DNA of 64,000 nucleotides from a virus: positions 32,001 through 96,000 of IMG/VR virus record IMGVR_UViG_3300027833_000001; one strand, given 5' to 3'. The notes below the pieces were generated by a model. That model was not told where the DNA came from. It saw nothing but the letters and a program-made list of their open reading frames with translations, and searched no databases. Below are positions 27,957 to 37,957 of this stretch, piece after piece. Position 1 is the first letter of the stretch, and each line of letters starts with the position of its first letter. Both the position numbers and the translations under genes were made by a program.

Positions 27957-29145
27957 TAAATTTTTCTGTGTAGCACCATTTGTTCATCTTTATGGACACA
28001 CAACAGGAGCAATTAAAACTTGTTGTGTTGGTGAAAAAACTTACGGTGATACAAAAGTAAATTCACTTGAAGAAATATGGCACAATGATGAATTTAAAAA
28101 TCTTAGAAAAGAATTTATTGCTGGTGATATCACAGATAATATAGCTAAGAATTGTGCCACTTGTATTAACTTTGAAAAGTCTGGAGTGCATAGTTTACGT
28201 ACAGCTATGAATGACTCTTATATGCAGTTCGCTGACATAGAAGAAGATCCTGATTTAAACTTAATGTATATGGATTTTAGATTTAATAATTTTTGTAACT
28301 TTAAATGTCGAGGTTGTTACAACGAGTATAGTAGTTCTATTAATGATGAAGATCATGGAGAAAGACAAGATATTATTTTTGCGGGTAAAACTGATAGAGA
28401 CATATTCGATCAAATTTATCCGTTGTTAGAAGATGTACAGAAAATTTATTTTGCTGGTGGTGAGCCTCTCATACAATGGCAACATTGGGAAATACTTGAA
28501 AGACTAGTAGAGATTGGAAGAACTGATGTTACCCTAGTGTACAATACAAATTTCAGCACAATGAAATATAAGGGTGGTAAAAATGTTATTGACTACTGGA
28601 AGAAATTTACTGACATTCAACTCTTATTGAGTTTTGATGGTATAGACAAAGGAGCAGAATACTGGCGAAATGGTTCTGACTGGCCACGACTTGTTAAGAA
28701 TGTTCATCGAGTAGTAAATGAAGCACCTCATGTTAATGTAGGTTGTACTACTACAGTTGGTTGGGCTAATCTGTACACTGCTATGGATTTTATTGATTAT
28801 TGTTCAGATAACTCAAAGACATTTATTAATCCTGAAGGTATAAATATAAACGTATTGCAACACCCAGTACATTTTTGTGTGCAGACTCTTCCTGATTGGA
28901 AGAAAGAAGAACTTGAAATACGCATTAGAAAAACACTGCATAAATATGATAGTATGGGATATAAAGATTCCTTACTATCTCGTAATCTACACGCATTGAT
29001 CACTTTCATGTGGGCAGACCGAAACGATAAAGTAGTACTTAAAGGTGCATGGAAAAGGATTGTTACTAAAAGAGACAAACTTAGAAATGAAAACTTCTTT
29101 GAGACATTTCCAGAACATATAAACATGAAAGAGTTAGTTGAATGA
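27949..29145 (+). CDS. N-terminal Twitch-domain radical SAM enzyme 5
   Basis: CVAPF..TCC..CATC; CNFKCRGC; AGGEP. Confidence 0.9.
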   Translation: MSDKFFCVAPFVHLYGHTTGAIKTCCVGEKTYGDTKVNSLEEIWHNDEFKNLRKEFIAGDITDNIAKNCATCINFEKSGVHSLRTAMNDSYMQFADIEEDPDLNLMYMDFRFNNFCNFKCRGCYNEYSSSINDEDHGERQDIIFAGKTDRDIFDQIYPLLEDVQKIYFAGGEPLIQWQHWEILERLVEIGRTDVTLVYNTNFSTMKYKGGKNVIDYWKKFTDIQLLLSFDGIDKGAEYWRNGSDWPRLVKNVHRVVNEAPHVNVGCTTTVGWANLYTAMDFIDYCSDNSKTFINPEGININVLQHPVHFCVQTLPDWKKEELEIRIRKTLHKYDSMGYKDSLLSRNLHALITFMWADRNDKVVLKGAWKRIVTKRDKLRNENFFETFPEHINMKELVE

Positions 29146-30410
29146 GTGATGATATTTTTCCAATAAAAACTGCTACAGCCTGTCAATTCAAATGGTCATG
29201 GAGTACAATATTCTTATCTAAGGGTACAACTACAAGTTGTCACCGTTGCAACCATTGGGAATTTGATTTAAGCACACTCAAAGACTTTCATAATCTTCCT
29301 GGAAAGATTGGTGATAGAGAGAAGATGCTTGATGGTTTATGGCCAGGGAATGGATGTGAGTATTGTAAGAAGATTGAAGATGTTGGTGGTTCTAGTGAAC
29401 GTACAGCTTGGATAAACAAAAAAGATTTGATACCACCTGAGATTCTTGCTGGTGATATGAAAGCAACTAAAGTTACTCCACGTTTATTAGAAGTTTACTT
29501 TACCAACGTATGTAATCAAGCCTGTGTCTATTGTACTCCCCAATTCAGTTCCCAAATCGAAGCAGAACTTAGAAAGCACGGAGAAATACCAGCTAATCCT
29601 AGCTACATGAATCATCCTAGTATTGGCGATAACTATCCATTGTATCTACAGAAATTTTGGGAGTGGATGGAAGAACACGGATCAAAACTGTATGAGTTTC
29701 AGACTCTTGGTGGCGAACCTATGTATCAAAAAGAGTTTGAGCAGTGTATAAACTTCTTTGATAAACATCCAAATCCAAATCTCATTTGGAGAATCTTCAG
29801 CAATCTAAAGCATGATGAAGAGAAATTTAAAAAGAAGATTCAAAAAGTTAATGATCTTATTGCAAACAAAAAGATACGAGAGTTTCATATTGTTGCAAGC
29901 CAAGATTGTTGGGGTCCTCAAGCAGAGTACGCCAGATATGGAATGAATCTAAAGAACTGGGAAGCTAATCTCAGATATTGTTTATCACAGGGTGTTCCCG
30001 TTAATATCCATATGACAATCAGCGCACTGACTATTCCTACTCTAGGAGATTTCATAGACAAGATTTACAGTCTACGTAAAGAATACAAAGCAGGATTATG
30101 GATTAGTTCTAACACTATTGTTAAACCTGAATGTTTAGATCCATATATTTTTGGTGATAAAATTGCATTTTACTTAGAAGATGTTCTTACTAAGCTAACT
30201 GATCCAAATGACAAAGATCAGAAAGAATGTTTAGAAGGCATTCTTGTAGGAATGAAGTCTAGTAAAGTAAATATAAAAGAAGTAAATGATTTTAAAAATT
30301 ATTTGGATGAGATTGATAGGAGACGAAATACGAATTGGCGAATTCTTTATCCTGTTATCAGTGATATAACGGAGACAATTACGGAGAATATAATTGGCAC
30401 GTCAAGATGA
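29142..30410 (+). CDS. N-terminal Twitch-domain radical SAM enzyme 6
   Basis: CQFKW..SCHR..CEYC; CNQACVYC; LGGEP. Confidence 0.9.
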   Translation: MSDDIFPIKTATACQFKWSWSTIFLSKGTTTSCHRCNHWEFDLSTLKDFHNLPGKIGDREKMLDGLWPGNGCEYCKKIEDVGGSSERTAWINKKDLIPPEILAGDMKATKVTPRLLEVYFTNVCNQACVYCTPQFSSQIEAELRKHGEIPANPSYMNHPSIGDNYPLYLQKFWEWMEEHGSKLYEFQTLGGEPMYQKEFEQCINFFDKHPNPNLIWRIFSNLKHDEEKFKKKIQKVNDLIANKKIREFHIVASQDCWGPQAEYARYGMNLKNWEANLRYCLSQGVPVNIHMTISALTIPTLGDFIDKIYSLRKEYKAGLWISSNTIVKPECLDPYIFGDKIAFYLEDVLTKLTDPNDKDQKECLEGILVGMKSSKVNIKEVNDFKNYLDEIDRRRNTNWRILYPVISDITETITENIIGTSR

Positions 30411-31980
30411 GCCTTTAACTGCCAATCAGGGCGATAGGATAATATTACTTTTAGAACGTATTGCAGAAGCACTTGAACATCCAAAACTTAGCCACAATAC
30501 GACCACGATATCTAATACTATTCCTAGACCGAATCTTGGTAGATATGAACAGGCAGAGTATCCAGAAATTACTTTCAATGTATTCTTTGATAGATTCAAT
30601 GAGTCTGTTACTAACCCCAATGGTAATGGACAAGCACAATACCCTCCAAATGGAAGTTTAAAAGATCATATTTGGGATACTATTTTCCAAAGAATGAAAA
30701 CACATACGTTTGCAATAAGAGCATACGATGTAAAAGACTATGAAAGCGCATCAAAGTCATTTGATGAGAATGATGTCAATATTTTCCCAGTAGATTTGTG
30801 GGTAGATATGGAATTTGGCAAATCAATATCATCAATATCAGATAACGCAAAGAAGCTAATTGCAGACAAAAAACTATCACTGTTCTTATGTCTAATGGGT
30901 GAAGCGTTTGGATGTGATTATGAAGACTGGATAGCTAAACTCTCACAAGCAATTATAGGACATGGTCTTGCACAAGGTAAGATTGCAATATCATGTGCTG
31001 ACTTACGATTCCCAGAAAACTACGAAGAGTGGTCTAAAGACAATACTAAAATAACTTCCATGTTTAAATTTGAGAATATATTTCCATATGAATATTTTCA
31101 GTTGTTATATGCAGAACAATTTCAAGCAAGAACTGGTAGATGGTTACCTGAAGGCAAGCCAGCTAAATTCGGTAATATAGATGCACTAAGACCTATAAGC
31201 GAGGCTGAAGTCATGTTGAGTGTTCCTGATGGAACTACTAAGACTAAAGACTTCTTATGTATGAATGCCAGATCGAGACCACATAGAATTGCTATGGTAT
31301 CAGAACTGCATAGATTAGGATTAGATAATAACTTTATTAGTTTATTGTTTAGAGGTGATGATGTTGATAGTATTGTTAACCAAGATGGAATAATTAATTT
31401 TATCCGCAATGAATATATGGACACTGAAGCGAAACTAAATCACTTCAACACAATGTTTGTTAAGAATAGAAGTAAGAGAAAAATAATACTAGATGCAGAT
31501 GAAGCAGTCCATGCAGATGATAGAATACTTAATACCAAATATTTTGATGAGTCTTATTTTAGTCTTGTTACAGAAACAAATTTTGGAGTAACACTTGGTG
31601 AAGGTCAATTTCATCAAGAGTCATACAACACAACGATGTTTATTACAGAGAAGACATTTAAACCTATAGCGTATTTTCATCCTATTATTGTTTTAGGATC
31701 TCCTTATACATTAGCATTTTTAAAAGACGAGGGTTACGATACTTTCGAAGAGATGTTTGATGAGTCATATGATTTAATACTTGATCCACAAGAACGCTTT
31801 AACGCTGTTGTTACCCAAGTGAACAACTGGTGTAGAAAACCAGAAAAAGAAAAACGAGAGATATACGATTCAGTTAAGAAGAAGTTACATCACAATCATT
31901 GCCACTTTATCGGTAGATTTGATACACTGAGAAGAAGGGAGAAAAACTACTACAGGTATTTAGGGGCAAAATTAAGATGA
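30394..31980 (+). CDS. putative glycosyltransferase (GT10/fucosyltransferase-like C-terminal motif)
   Basis: FLCMNARSRPHR, YFSLVTET, FITEKTFKPI..HPIIVLG, GYDTF..FDESYD. Confidence 0.55.
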   Translation: MARQDEPLTANQGDRIILLLERIAEALEHPKLSHNTTTISNTIPRPNLGRYEQAEYPEITFNVFFDRFNESVTNPNGNGQAQYPPNGSLKDHIWDTIFQRMKTHTFAIRAYDVKDYESASKSFDENDVNIFPVDLWVDMEFGKSISSISDNAKKLIADKKLSLFLCLMGEAFGCDYEDWIAKLSQAIIGHGLAQGKIAISCADLRFPENYEEWSKDNTKITSMFKFENIFPYEYFQLLYAEQFQARTGRWLPEGKPAKFGNIDALRPISEAEVMLSVPDGTTKTKDFLCMNARSRPHRIAMVSELHRLGLDNNFISLLFRGDDVDSIVNQDGIINFIRNEYMDTEAKLNHFNTMFVKNRSKRKIILDADEAVHADDRILNTKYFDESYFSLVTETNFGVTLGEGQFHQESYNTTMFITEKTFKPIAYFHPIIVLGSPYTLAFLKDEGYDTFEEMFDESYDLILDPQERFNAVVTQVNNWCRKPEKEKREIYDSVKKKLHHNHCHFIGRFDTLRRREKNYYRYLGAKLR

Positions 31981-33386
31981 AAATAAATTTATTCTATGAT
32001 AGATTCGGTGAAAGTGAAGAAGGTAAGTATCTTGTTAATGGTAGCACATTTGATATGCAATTTGAACACCACCCACAGGCATTGACTAGTTGTAGTGTTT
32101 ATCCTAGTATGGTCCACGCCGGAGTTGATGTCACTGCCCAAAATACGATGGATCGTAAGGCGGTCAACATCTATCCAGTAGACTTATGGGTACATATGAA
32201 CTTTGATACAGTCATTGATAAGATATCAGAAGAAGCAAAGACACTGATAAGAAAAGGAGACTTAATACTGTATCTAACTCTTTCTGGTGAGGCTTTTGGA
32301 TGTGATGAGCAAAATTGGATAGCAGATTTAACAGATGGCATTGTAAGGAACAACCTGACTGATGCTAAGATTGCAATACAATGTGCCGATATGAATTTTG
32401 AAGCTAACTATGATGCTTGGTTAAAAAACAACCAAGTAAGTTATACATTCCGTAATGTGTTCTCAATAGACTTTTTTCAGTGGACGTACTCAAAGCAATT
32501 TCAGATGCGAACTGGTAAATGGAGTTGGGAGAACAATGCTCCCAAAAGATATAATGGTATACAAGTCATGTTTCCAAATGAAGTATTACATGGCACTACT
32601 CCTGGCACTGAGAAAACTGGTGACTTACTATGCTTAAATGGAATGTCTAGACCACATAGAATCGCAACTGTCGCTGAGTTACATAGACTTGGTTGTTCGA
32701 ATGACTTTGTAAGTTTATTGTGGCGGTACCAAGATATAAATAATCTAACAGGACTAGATAATGTAAAGAGTCATATCATGGATAACCTATTAGCGTCGGC
32801 TGAACAGAAAGAATATTTTAATGAATATTTCGATATAAGTCCCAACAATATTCAACCACATCCAGGAATTATTGATATTGACCTACAAGAAAATATTTTC
32901 TTGAATGATGATAGAAGAATTGAATTATCACACTACACAAAAACTTTTTTCAGTCTAGTTACCGAAACTGTTTTTGATTCAGGTAAGTCTGCGGTCAACA
33001 AAAATGGGTTTACGAGTATTGATCAGTTTGATAACGGTATATGTTTTATTACAGAAAAGACATATAAACCTATAGCGTATTTTCATCCATTCATTCTTAT
33101 GGGTTCTTTTAAGTCACTTGAATACTTACGAAAATCAGGATACGAAACTTTTCCAGAAATGTTTGATGAGAGTTATGACACTATGGAAGATTCTAAAGAC
33201 AGATTTAATGCTGTTATAGAACAAGTACGATTATGGAAAGAAAAAACACAAGAAGAAAAAATCACAATTTATGATTCTATTGTACCAAAGTTGGTACACA
33301 ATCATAATACTTTAATAAAGAAGTCTGCCCTACTTGATGCGGTAGCGTTTGAAGACTATAGTAAAATAGGGAGTGCATTGTTATGA
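31977..33386 (+). CDS. putative glycosyltransferase, paralog of the preceding gene
   Basis: LCLNGMSRPHR, FSLVTET, FITEKTYKPI, FDESYD. Confidence 0.55.
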   Translation: MKINLFYDRFGESEEGKYLVNGSTFDMQFEHHPQALTSCSVYPSMVHAGVDVTAQNTMDRKAVNIYPVDLWVHMNFDTVIDKISEEAKTLIRKGDLILYLTLSGEAFGCDEQNWIADLTDGIVRNNLTDAKIAIQCADMNFEANYDAWLKNNQVSYTFRNVFSIDFFQWTYSKQFQMRTGKWSWENNAPKRYNGIQVMFPNEVLHGTTPGTEKTGDLLCLNGMSRPHRIATVAELHRLGCSNDFVSLLWRYQDINNLTGLDNVKSHIMDNLLASAEQKEYFNEYFDISPNNIQPHPGIIDIDLQENIFLNDDRRIELSHYTKTFFSLVTETVFDSGKSAVNKNGFTSIDQFDNGICFITEKTYKPIAYFHPFILMGSFKSLEYLRKSGYETFPEMFDESYDTMEDSKDRFNAVIEQVRLWKEKTQEEKITIYDSIVPKLVHNHNTLIKKSALLDAVAFEDYSKIGSALL

Positions 33387-34537
33387 AAATAGGCTTTATT
33401 GGATTCGGTAAATTGGGTCAACCATGTGGAGAAGTAATTAAACTTAAAGGGCATGATGTAAAGGCATATGATGTAGCTAAAATTGATACATTCGTGCCAA
33501 TGTGTGACACTATAGAAGAAACTGTCAAAGATAGGCATATTGTGTTTGTTGCAGTTCCCACACCACATGATCCAGCGTATGAAGGAAGTTCGCCAACACA
33601 TCACTTACCTCCAAAAGACTTTTCTTATGATATCGTGAAAGATGTTATTATAGAAGCTAATAAACACATGAATCCAGACCAAATGTTGGTGGTTATAAGC
33701 ACTGTGTTACCGGGCACTGTACGTAGAGAGTTCGTACCATTAGTTACTAACACTAGATTTGTATATAACCCATACTTGATTGCTATGGGTACAGTCGCTT
33801 GGGATATGGTAAACCCAGAGATGGTAATGATTGGCACAGAAGATGGTGACACATCTAAAGAAGCTGGAGAACTAATTTACTTTTATGCAAGTATCATGGA
33901 GAATGATCCTCGTTATGTTGTAGGCACATGGGATGAATGTGAGTGTATCAAAGTTTTCTACAATACATTTATTAGTGCCAAGATAGGTCTTGTGAACATG
34001 ATACAAGATGTTGCAGAAAAACAGGGTAATATCAATGTTGATGTTGTTGCAGATGCATTGAGAGATAGCACTCAAAGAATTATGGGTCCTTCTTATATGA
34101 AACCTGGCATGGGTGACGGCGGTGCTTGTCACCCCAGAGACAATATTGCTTTACGTTATATGGCTGAAGAATTAAATCTTGGTTATGATATGTTTGCTGA
34201 AATTATGAAAGCTAGAGACATACAAGCAGAGAATATGGCAAAAGCCATACTGGATAAAGGAGAAGTTGTATACTTCACTTCAGACAGCTACAAACCAAAA
34301 GTCAAATATACAAATGGTAGTTATAGTTTACTTGTACAAGATTACGTAAAATCTTTGGGAGGGGAAGTGGCAACTGATCCATCTTGTGCAGAAGTTATTG
34401 TTATTGTACACCAAGGAGATACAGTGGGAGATGACGTACAAGTACCTAAAGAGGTTATCTACTTTGATCCTTGGAGAACATACAAGAGCGATACTAATTA
34501 TGTTATCCATTACGGCAATACAAGGAGAATTAAATGA
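33383..34537 (+). CDS. ugd: UDP-glucose/GDP-mannose dehydrogenase family
   Basis: GFIGFGKLG, VAVPTP, ISTVLPGT, IKVFYNTFISAKI, GDGGACHPRD. Confidence 0.9.
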   Translation: MKIGFIGFGKLGQPCGEVIKLKGHDVKAYDVAKIDTFVPMCDTIEETVKDRHIVFVAVPTPHDPAYEGSSPTHHLPPKDFSYDIVKDVIIEANKHMNPDQMLVVISTVLPGTVRREFVPLVTNTRFVYNPYLIAMGTVAWDMVNPEMVMIGTEDGDTSKEAGELIYFYASIMENDPRYVVGTWDECECIKVFYNTFISAKIGLVNMIQDVAEKQGNINVDVVADALRDSTQRIMGPSYMKPGMGDGGACHPRDNIALRYMAEELNLGYDMFAEIMKARDIQAENMAKAILDKGEVVYFTSDSYKPKVKYTNGSYSLLVQDYVKSLGGEVATDPSCAEVIVIVHQGDTVGDDVQVPKEVIYFDPWRTYKSDTNYVIHYGNTRRIK

Positions 34538-34647
34538 AACAACTATGGGACAAAATACGCGCACCATATCTCAGATGGAAACTAAAACGAGAGTATAGGA
34601 AACGCATCAAAGAATTACAAGATAGAGATCCTTTTATATATGATTGA
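34534..34647 (+). CDS. 37-aa basic peptide ending DPFIYD (not in ORF track)
   Basis: MKQLWDKIRAPYLRWKLKREYRKRIKELQDRDPFIYD*; AAGGAG SD; overlaps both neighbours. Confidence 0.75.
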   Translation: MKQLWDKIRAPYLRWKLKREYRKRIKELQDRDPFIYD

Positions 34648-36079
34648 ATGGGGAGTTAGTGCTGGCACACATGATGCCTCTTTGACTGTGATGTACGACA
34701 ATGGTTGGTCTACACCAGAAATTATTTTTGCATCGCATTCTGAAAGATATAGCAGATTTAAAAATGACAAGCACTTAAATGAAAGTTTAATACGTGAGGC
34801 TCTCAAGTATGGGCGACCCGATGTGGTTTACTGGTATGAGAATCCTCTACTTAAAGCAACTCGTAAGTTATATGCTAGACAGAGTAAACCTTGGCTTAGT
34901 CCTAAGAAGTATCTTAGAGAATGGGGTATCGATGCACCAGTAAAATGGGGTAATCACCATGAGAGTCATATGGCAGCCGGGTACTATACACGACCAAAAA
35001 ATTGGAGTACTGATTGTGCTACTCTTGTTATTGATGCTATAGGAGAATGGACAACTACTAGCATTTGGTACAATGATGAGCAATTGTGGACTCAGAATTA
35101 TCCTAAATCATTCGGATTGTTTTATTCTGCATTTACAGATAGAATTGGATTGAAAGCAAATGAAGATGAATATATTCTTATGGGTATGGCAGCCTACGGT
35201 GACCCTTCTAGATTTCATAGAGAGGTATTGGATCTTTGGCATTCCGGTGTTAATCTCCATAGAGGTATTTCTTGGTGGATGCCTGAACTTACTGAAGACG
35301 ATTATTTCGATGTAGCCGCGGCTGTTCAAACAGTATATGAGTATCAGTTTAGAATGTTACTTCAGAAAGCCCATACAATAACAAATACAAATAATCTAGT
35401 TTTTATGGGTGGGTGTGCATTGAATTGTCTTGCAAATCGATTGATACCAGATTACTTCAAGAATCATTGGATAATGCCTAATCCAGGAGATGCTGGTTCT
35501 TCATTGGGCGCTATATTAGCACACAAGAAATGTCATATTGATTTTAATGTTTATTTGGGTGAATCCATATATGGTAAATATCCAGTTAAGGCTTTGTTAG
35601 AGGAATTGAAAACTACTGGTATTGTAGGTGTTGCAAACGGTCAAGCAGAGTTTGGACCTAGAGCATTGGGTAATAGAAGTTTATTAGCTGATCCTAGAGG
35701 TAAGAAGATGCAAGACAAAGTAAACGCAATCAAACAACGACAAGAGTTTAGACCATTCGCTCCAGTTATTCTACAGAGAAACGCATATAAGTATTTTGAT
35801 GTGAATAAAAACTTTTCATCTCCGTATATGCAACAAGTAGTCAGATGTTTAGAGCCTAAAAAGTATCCTGCAATAGTACATAAAGATGGTACTAGCAGAG
35901 TTCAGACAGTAACTAGTCAAGATCATAAAGGGTTATACAAGCTACTGACACGATGGGAAGCAGAAACAGGATGTCCTATGTTGTTAAACACTAGTCTTAA
36001 TATCAAAGGTGAGCCAATAGTAAACTCCAGACAAGATGCTGAAGACTTTGAAATGGAATATGGTGTAAAGGTCTTTTAA
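34640..36079 (+). CDS. O-carbamoyltransferase (NodU/CmcH/TobZ family)
   Basis: HDAS, SERYSR.K, HHESH, DAIGE, EYILMGMAAYG, GGCALN, EFGPRALGNRS, RPFAP, HKDGTSRVQ, LNTSLN. Confidence 0.95.
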   Translation: MIEWGVSAGTHDASLTVMYDNGWSTPEIIFASHSERYSRFKNDKHLNESLIREALKYGRPDVVYWYENPLLKATRKLYARQSKPWLSPKKYLREWGIDAPVKWGNHHESHMAAGYYTRPKNWSTDCATLVIDAIGEWTTTSIWYNDEQLWTQNYPKSFGLFYSAFTDRIGLKANEDEYILMGMAAYGDPSRFHREVLDLWHSGVNLHRGISWWMPELTEDDYFDVAAAVQTVYEYQFRMLLQKAHTITNTNNLVFMGGCALNCLANRLIPDYFKNHWIMPNPGDAGSSLGAILAHKKCHIDFNVYLGESIYGKYPVKALLEELKTTGIVGVANGQAEFGPRALGNRSLLADPRGKKMQDKVNAIKQRQEFRPFAPVILQRNAYKYFDVNKNFSSPYMQQVVRCLEPKKYPAIVHKDGTSRVQTVTSQDHKGLYKLLTRWEAETGCPMLLNTSLNIKGEPIVNSRQDAEDFEMEYGVKVF

Positions 36080-36777
36080 TGCGTATCGTAGTTGGTGGTG
36101 ATAGTTGGACTAAAGGATGGGGCTTGGATTTTGCGATGGGTCAAGCACCATGGCCATGTTACTTAGACGGTAATAATGAAGTTAATAATGTCTCGCAAAG
36201 TGGTGATAGCAACTCAATAATCTGCCAAGAAATAAAATCAGCATATCATAAAAATAAACCCGATCTAATCATTGTCGGATGGACAAGTATGCTGAGATGT
36301 CACACAACAAGAGGCACTAAAGGTTGCCCCGCTGAGTCGTCCTATGTAGAGTGGTTAGCGAACAAATATGAAGCATCAACTATTGATGACTTTAGAAGTC
36401 AATGGTTTGATTATGTAAATCAGATTGAATCATTACCCTGCAATGTAATACACTTTACTGTATTTGGAGATGAATTACCACCTGTTAAGAACAAGATAGA
36501 TAAATCATATCTGGAGTATCTTGCCAACGACTCGGGCTATAACTTTCTATATCGTATCCCAACATTTGAGTTTGGACTATTACAGAAAGAAAGCGCCAAA
36601 AGCATGAAAATGTTATTTCAAAATTCTGGTGTTGAAGACTATGAATTGGCGTGTTTTGAAAGAGATAAAGTCCAGCTAGATTTTCAAAGCTCCAATTTTC
36701 AGATATGTGGTCATCCTACACATATAGGACACATGAAATGGGGAGAGGAAGTAAACCGTGCCATTCGATCATTATAA
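36079..36777 (+). CDS. SGNH/GDSL-fold protein
   Basis: GGDSWTKG, NVSQSGDSN, IVGWT, GHP..GH. Confidence 0.7.
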   Translation: MRIVVGGDSWTKGWGLDFAMGQAPWPCYLDGNNEVNNVSQSGDSNSIICQEIKSAYHKNKPDLIIVGWTSMLRCHTTRGTKGCPAESSYVEWLANKYEASTIDDFRSQWFDYVNQIESLPCNVIHFTVFGDELPPVKNKIDKSYLEYLANDSGYNFLYRIPTFEFGLLQKESAKSMKMLFQNSGVEDYELACFERDKVQLDFQSSNFQICGHPTHIGHMKWGEEVNRAIRSL

Positions 36778-37957
36778 TTTTATATCATGTGTGACTGACA
36801 ATGTAGAAACAGTATTTTTTAAGAACGAAGAAGTAGAAGCTGAACACTACATAGACAAAAGACCCAGAGAAGAAGTATATCACTACTTGGTAGATAGTGC
36901 CTTTAATTTTGAAAAGGACACTATGGTAATATATGTCAAGGGCTACAAGTATAGCAATGGACATTCAAGTATTGTTAATCATATAAAGAAAGTCTCTCCC
37001 AAAAAAATAATCATATTCAATGATGACGCACACACTCCTTGGCAAGAACTTGATCTCATTATAGATACGCTTAGAGGTAAGACGCATGAAGGTCTTCTTA
37101 TCTCATATCTTGTTGCAGAGTCTGGCATAGAAGACTACGAGATATATGACTGTGAGTATGGTGCTTTACACTACTACCACAGCAACATACAAGCCGATAG
37201 GTACCATTACTACAATATATGGACTCATACGTATGTTCCACATTCTAGATTGTTATTAGAAGAATATAAACCCAATGATGATATTCAATACAAAGTTTGT
37301 TGTTGCAGTAAGAAGCCAGACATACATAGAGCATTAGCCGCCATCTGTTTAATTGGCAGAGAAGATGTTAAGTTGACGTATTACGAAAAGCATAGATTAC
37401 AAGAGATACATCGAATGATTTCTTATACGAATACTGACAAAGTTATCAATCCACCAGAACCTACATTTATGACATTGCCAGAAAAGTACAAGAAGTTGAT
37501 TAATGATAATCACAAAAAGTTTTTAGAAACTGACTTGACTTGGGACGTAAGTGCGATAAACCAGATTGCTGGACATGAGCAAGTCAAGACAATAGCACTA
37601 TCTAGAGATTCATTCCTAACAGTTGTACCAGAAACTCTGTGGGATACACAAACCAGATTCTGGTCAGAGAAGACATTAAAACCTATGTTGATGCACAGAC
37701 CTTTTGTGTTATTAGCCCCACCAAAAACATTAGACAAAATACGAAGATTAGGATTTCAGACGTTTAGTAATTTTTGGGATGAGTCTTATGATGAAGAATT
37801 GGATCATGGAAAAAGATTTGCTATGGTAATGGATATCGTGGATGATATTCTAAATAAAAGTAAGGAAGATTTAATATTTCTTTTAAAAGAAATGGGACCC
37901 ATACTAGCACACAATTTAAATCATGTGAGTGAGTTGACAAAGAGGAAAATAATGTAG
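36758..37957 (+). CDS. putative glycosyltransferase (GT10-like motif), third paralog
   Basis: KPDIHR, LTVVPET, WSEKTLKP..RPFVLL, GFQTF..WDESYD. Confidence 0.55.
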   Translation: MPFDHYNFISCVTDNVETVFFKNEEVEAEHYIDKRPREEVYHYLVDSAFNFEKDTMVIYVKGYKYSNGHSSIVNHIKKVSPKKIIIFNDDAHTPWQELDLIIDTLRGKTHEGLLISYLVAESGIEDYEIYDCEYGALHYYHSNIQADRYHYYNIWTHTYVPHSRLLLEEYKPNDDIQYKVCCCSKKPDIHRALAAICLIGREDVKLTYYEKHRLQEIHRMISYTNTDKVINPPEPTFMTLPEKYKKLINDNHKKFLETDLTWDVSAINQIAGHEQVKTIALSRDSFLTVVPETLWDTQTRFWSEKTLKPMLMHRPFVLLAPPKTLDKIRRLGFQTFSNFWDESYDEELDHGKRFAMVMDIVDDILNKSKEDLIFLLKEMGPILAHNLNHVSELTKRKIM

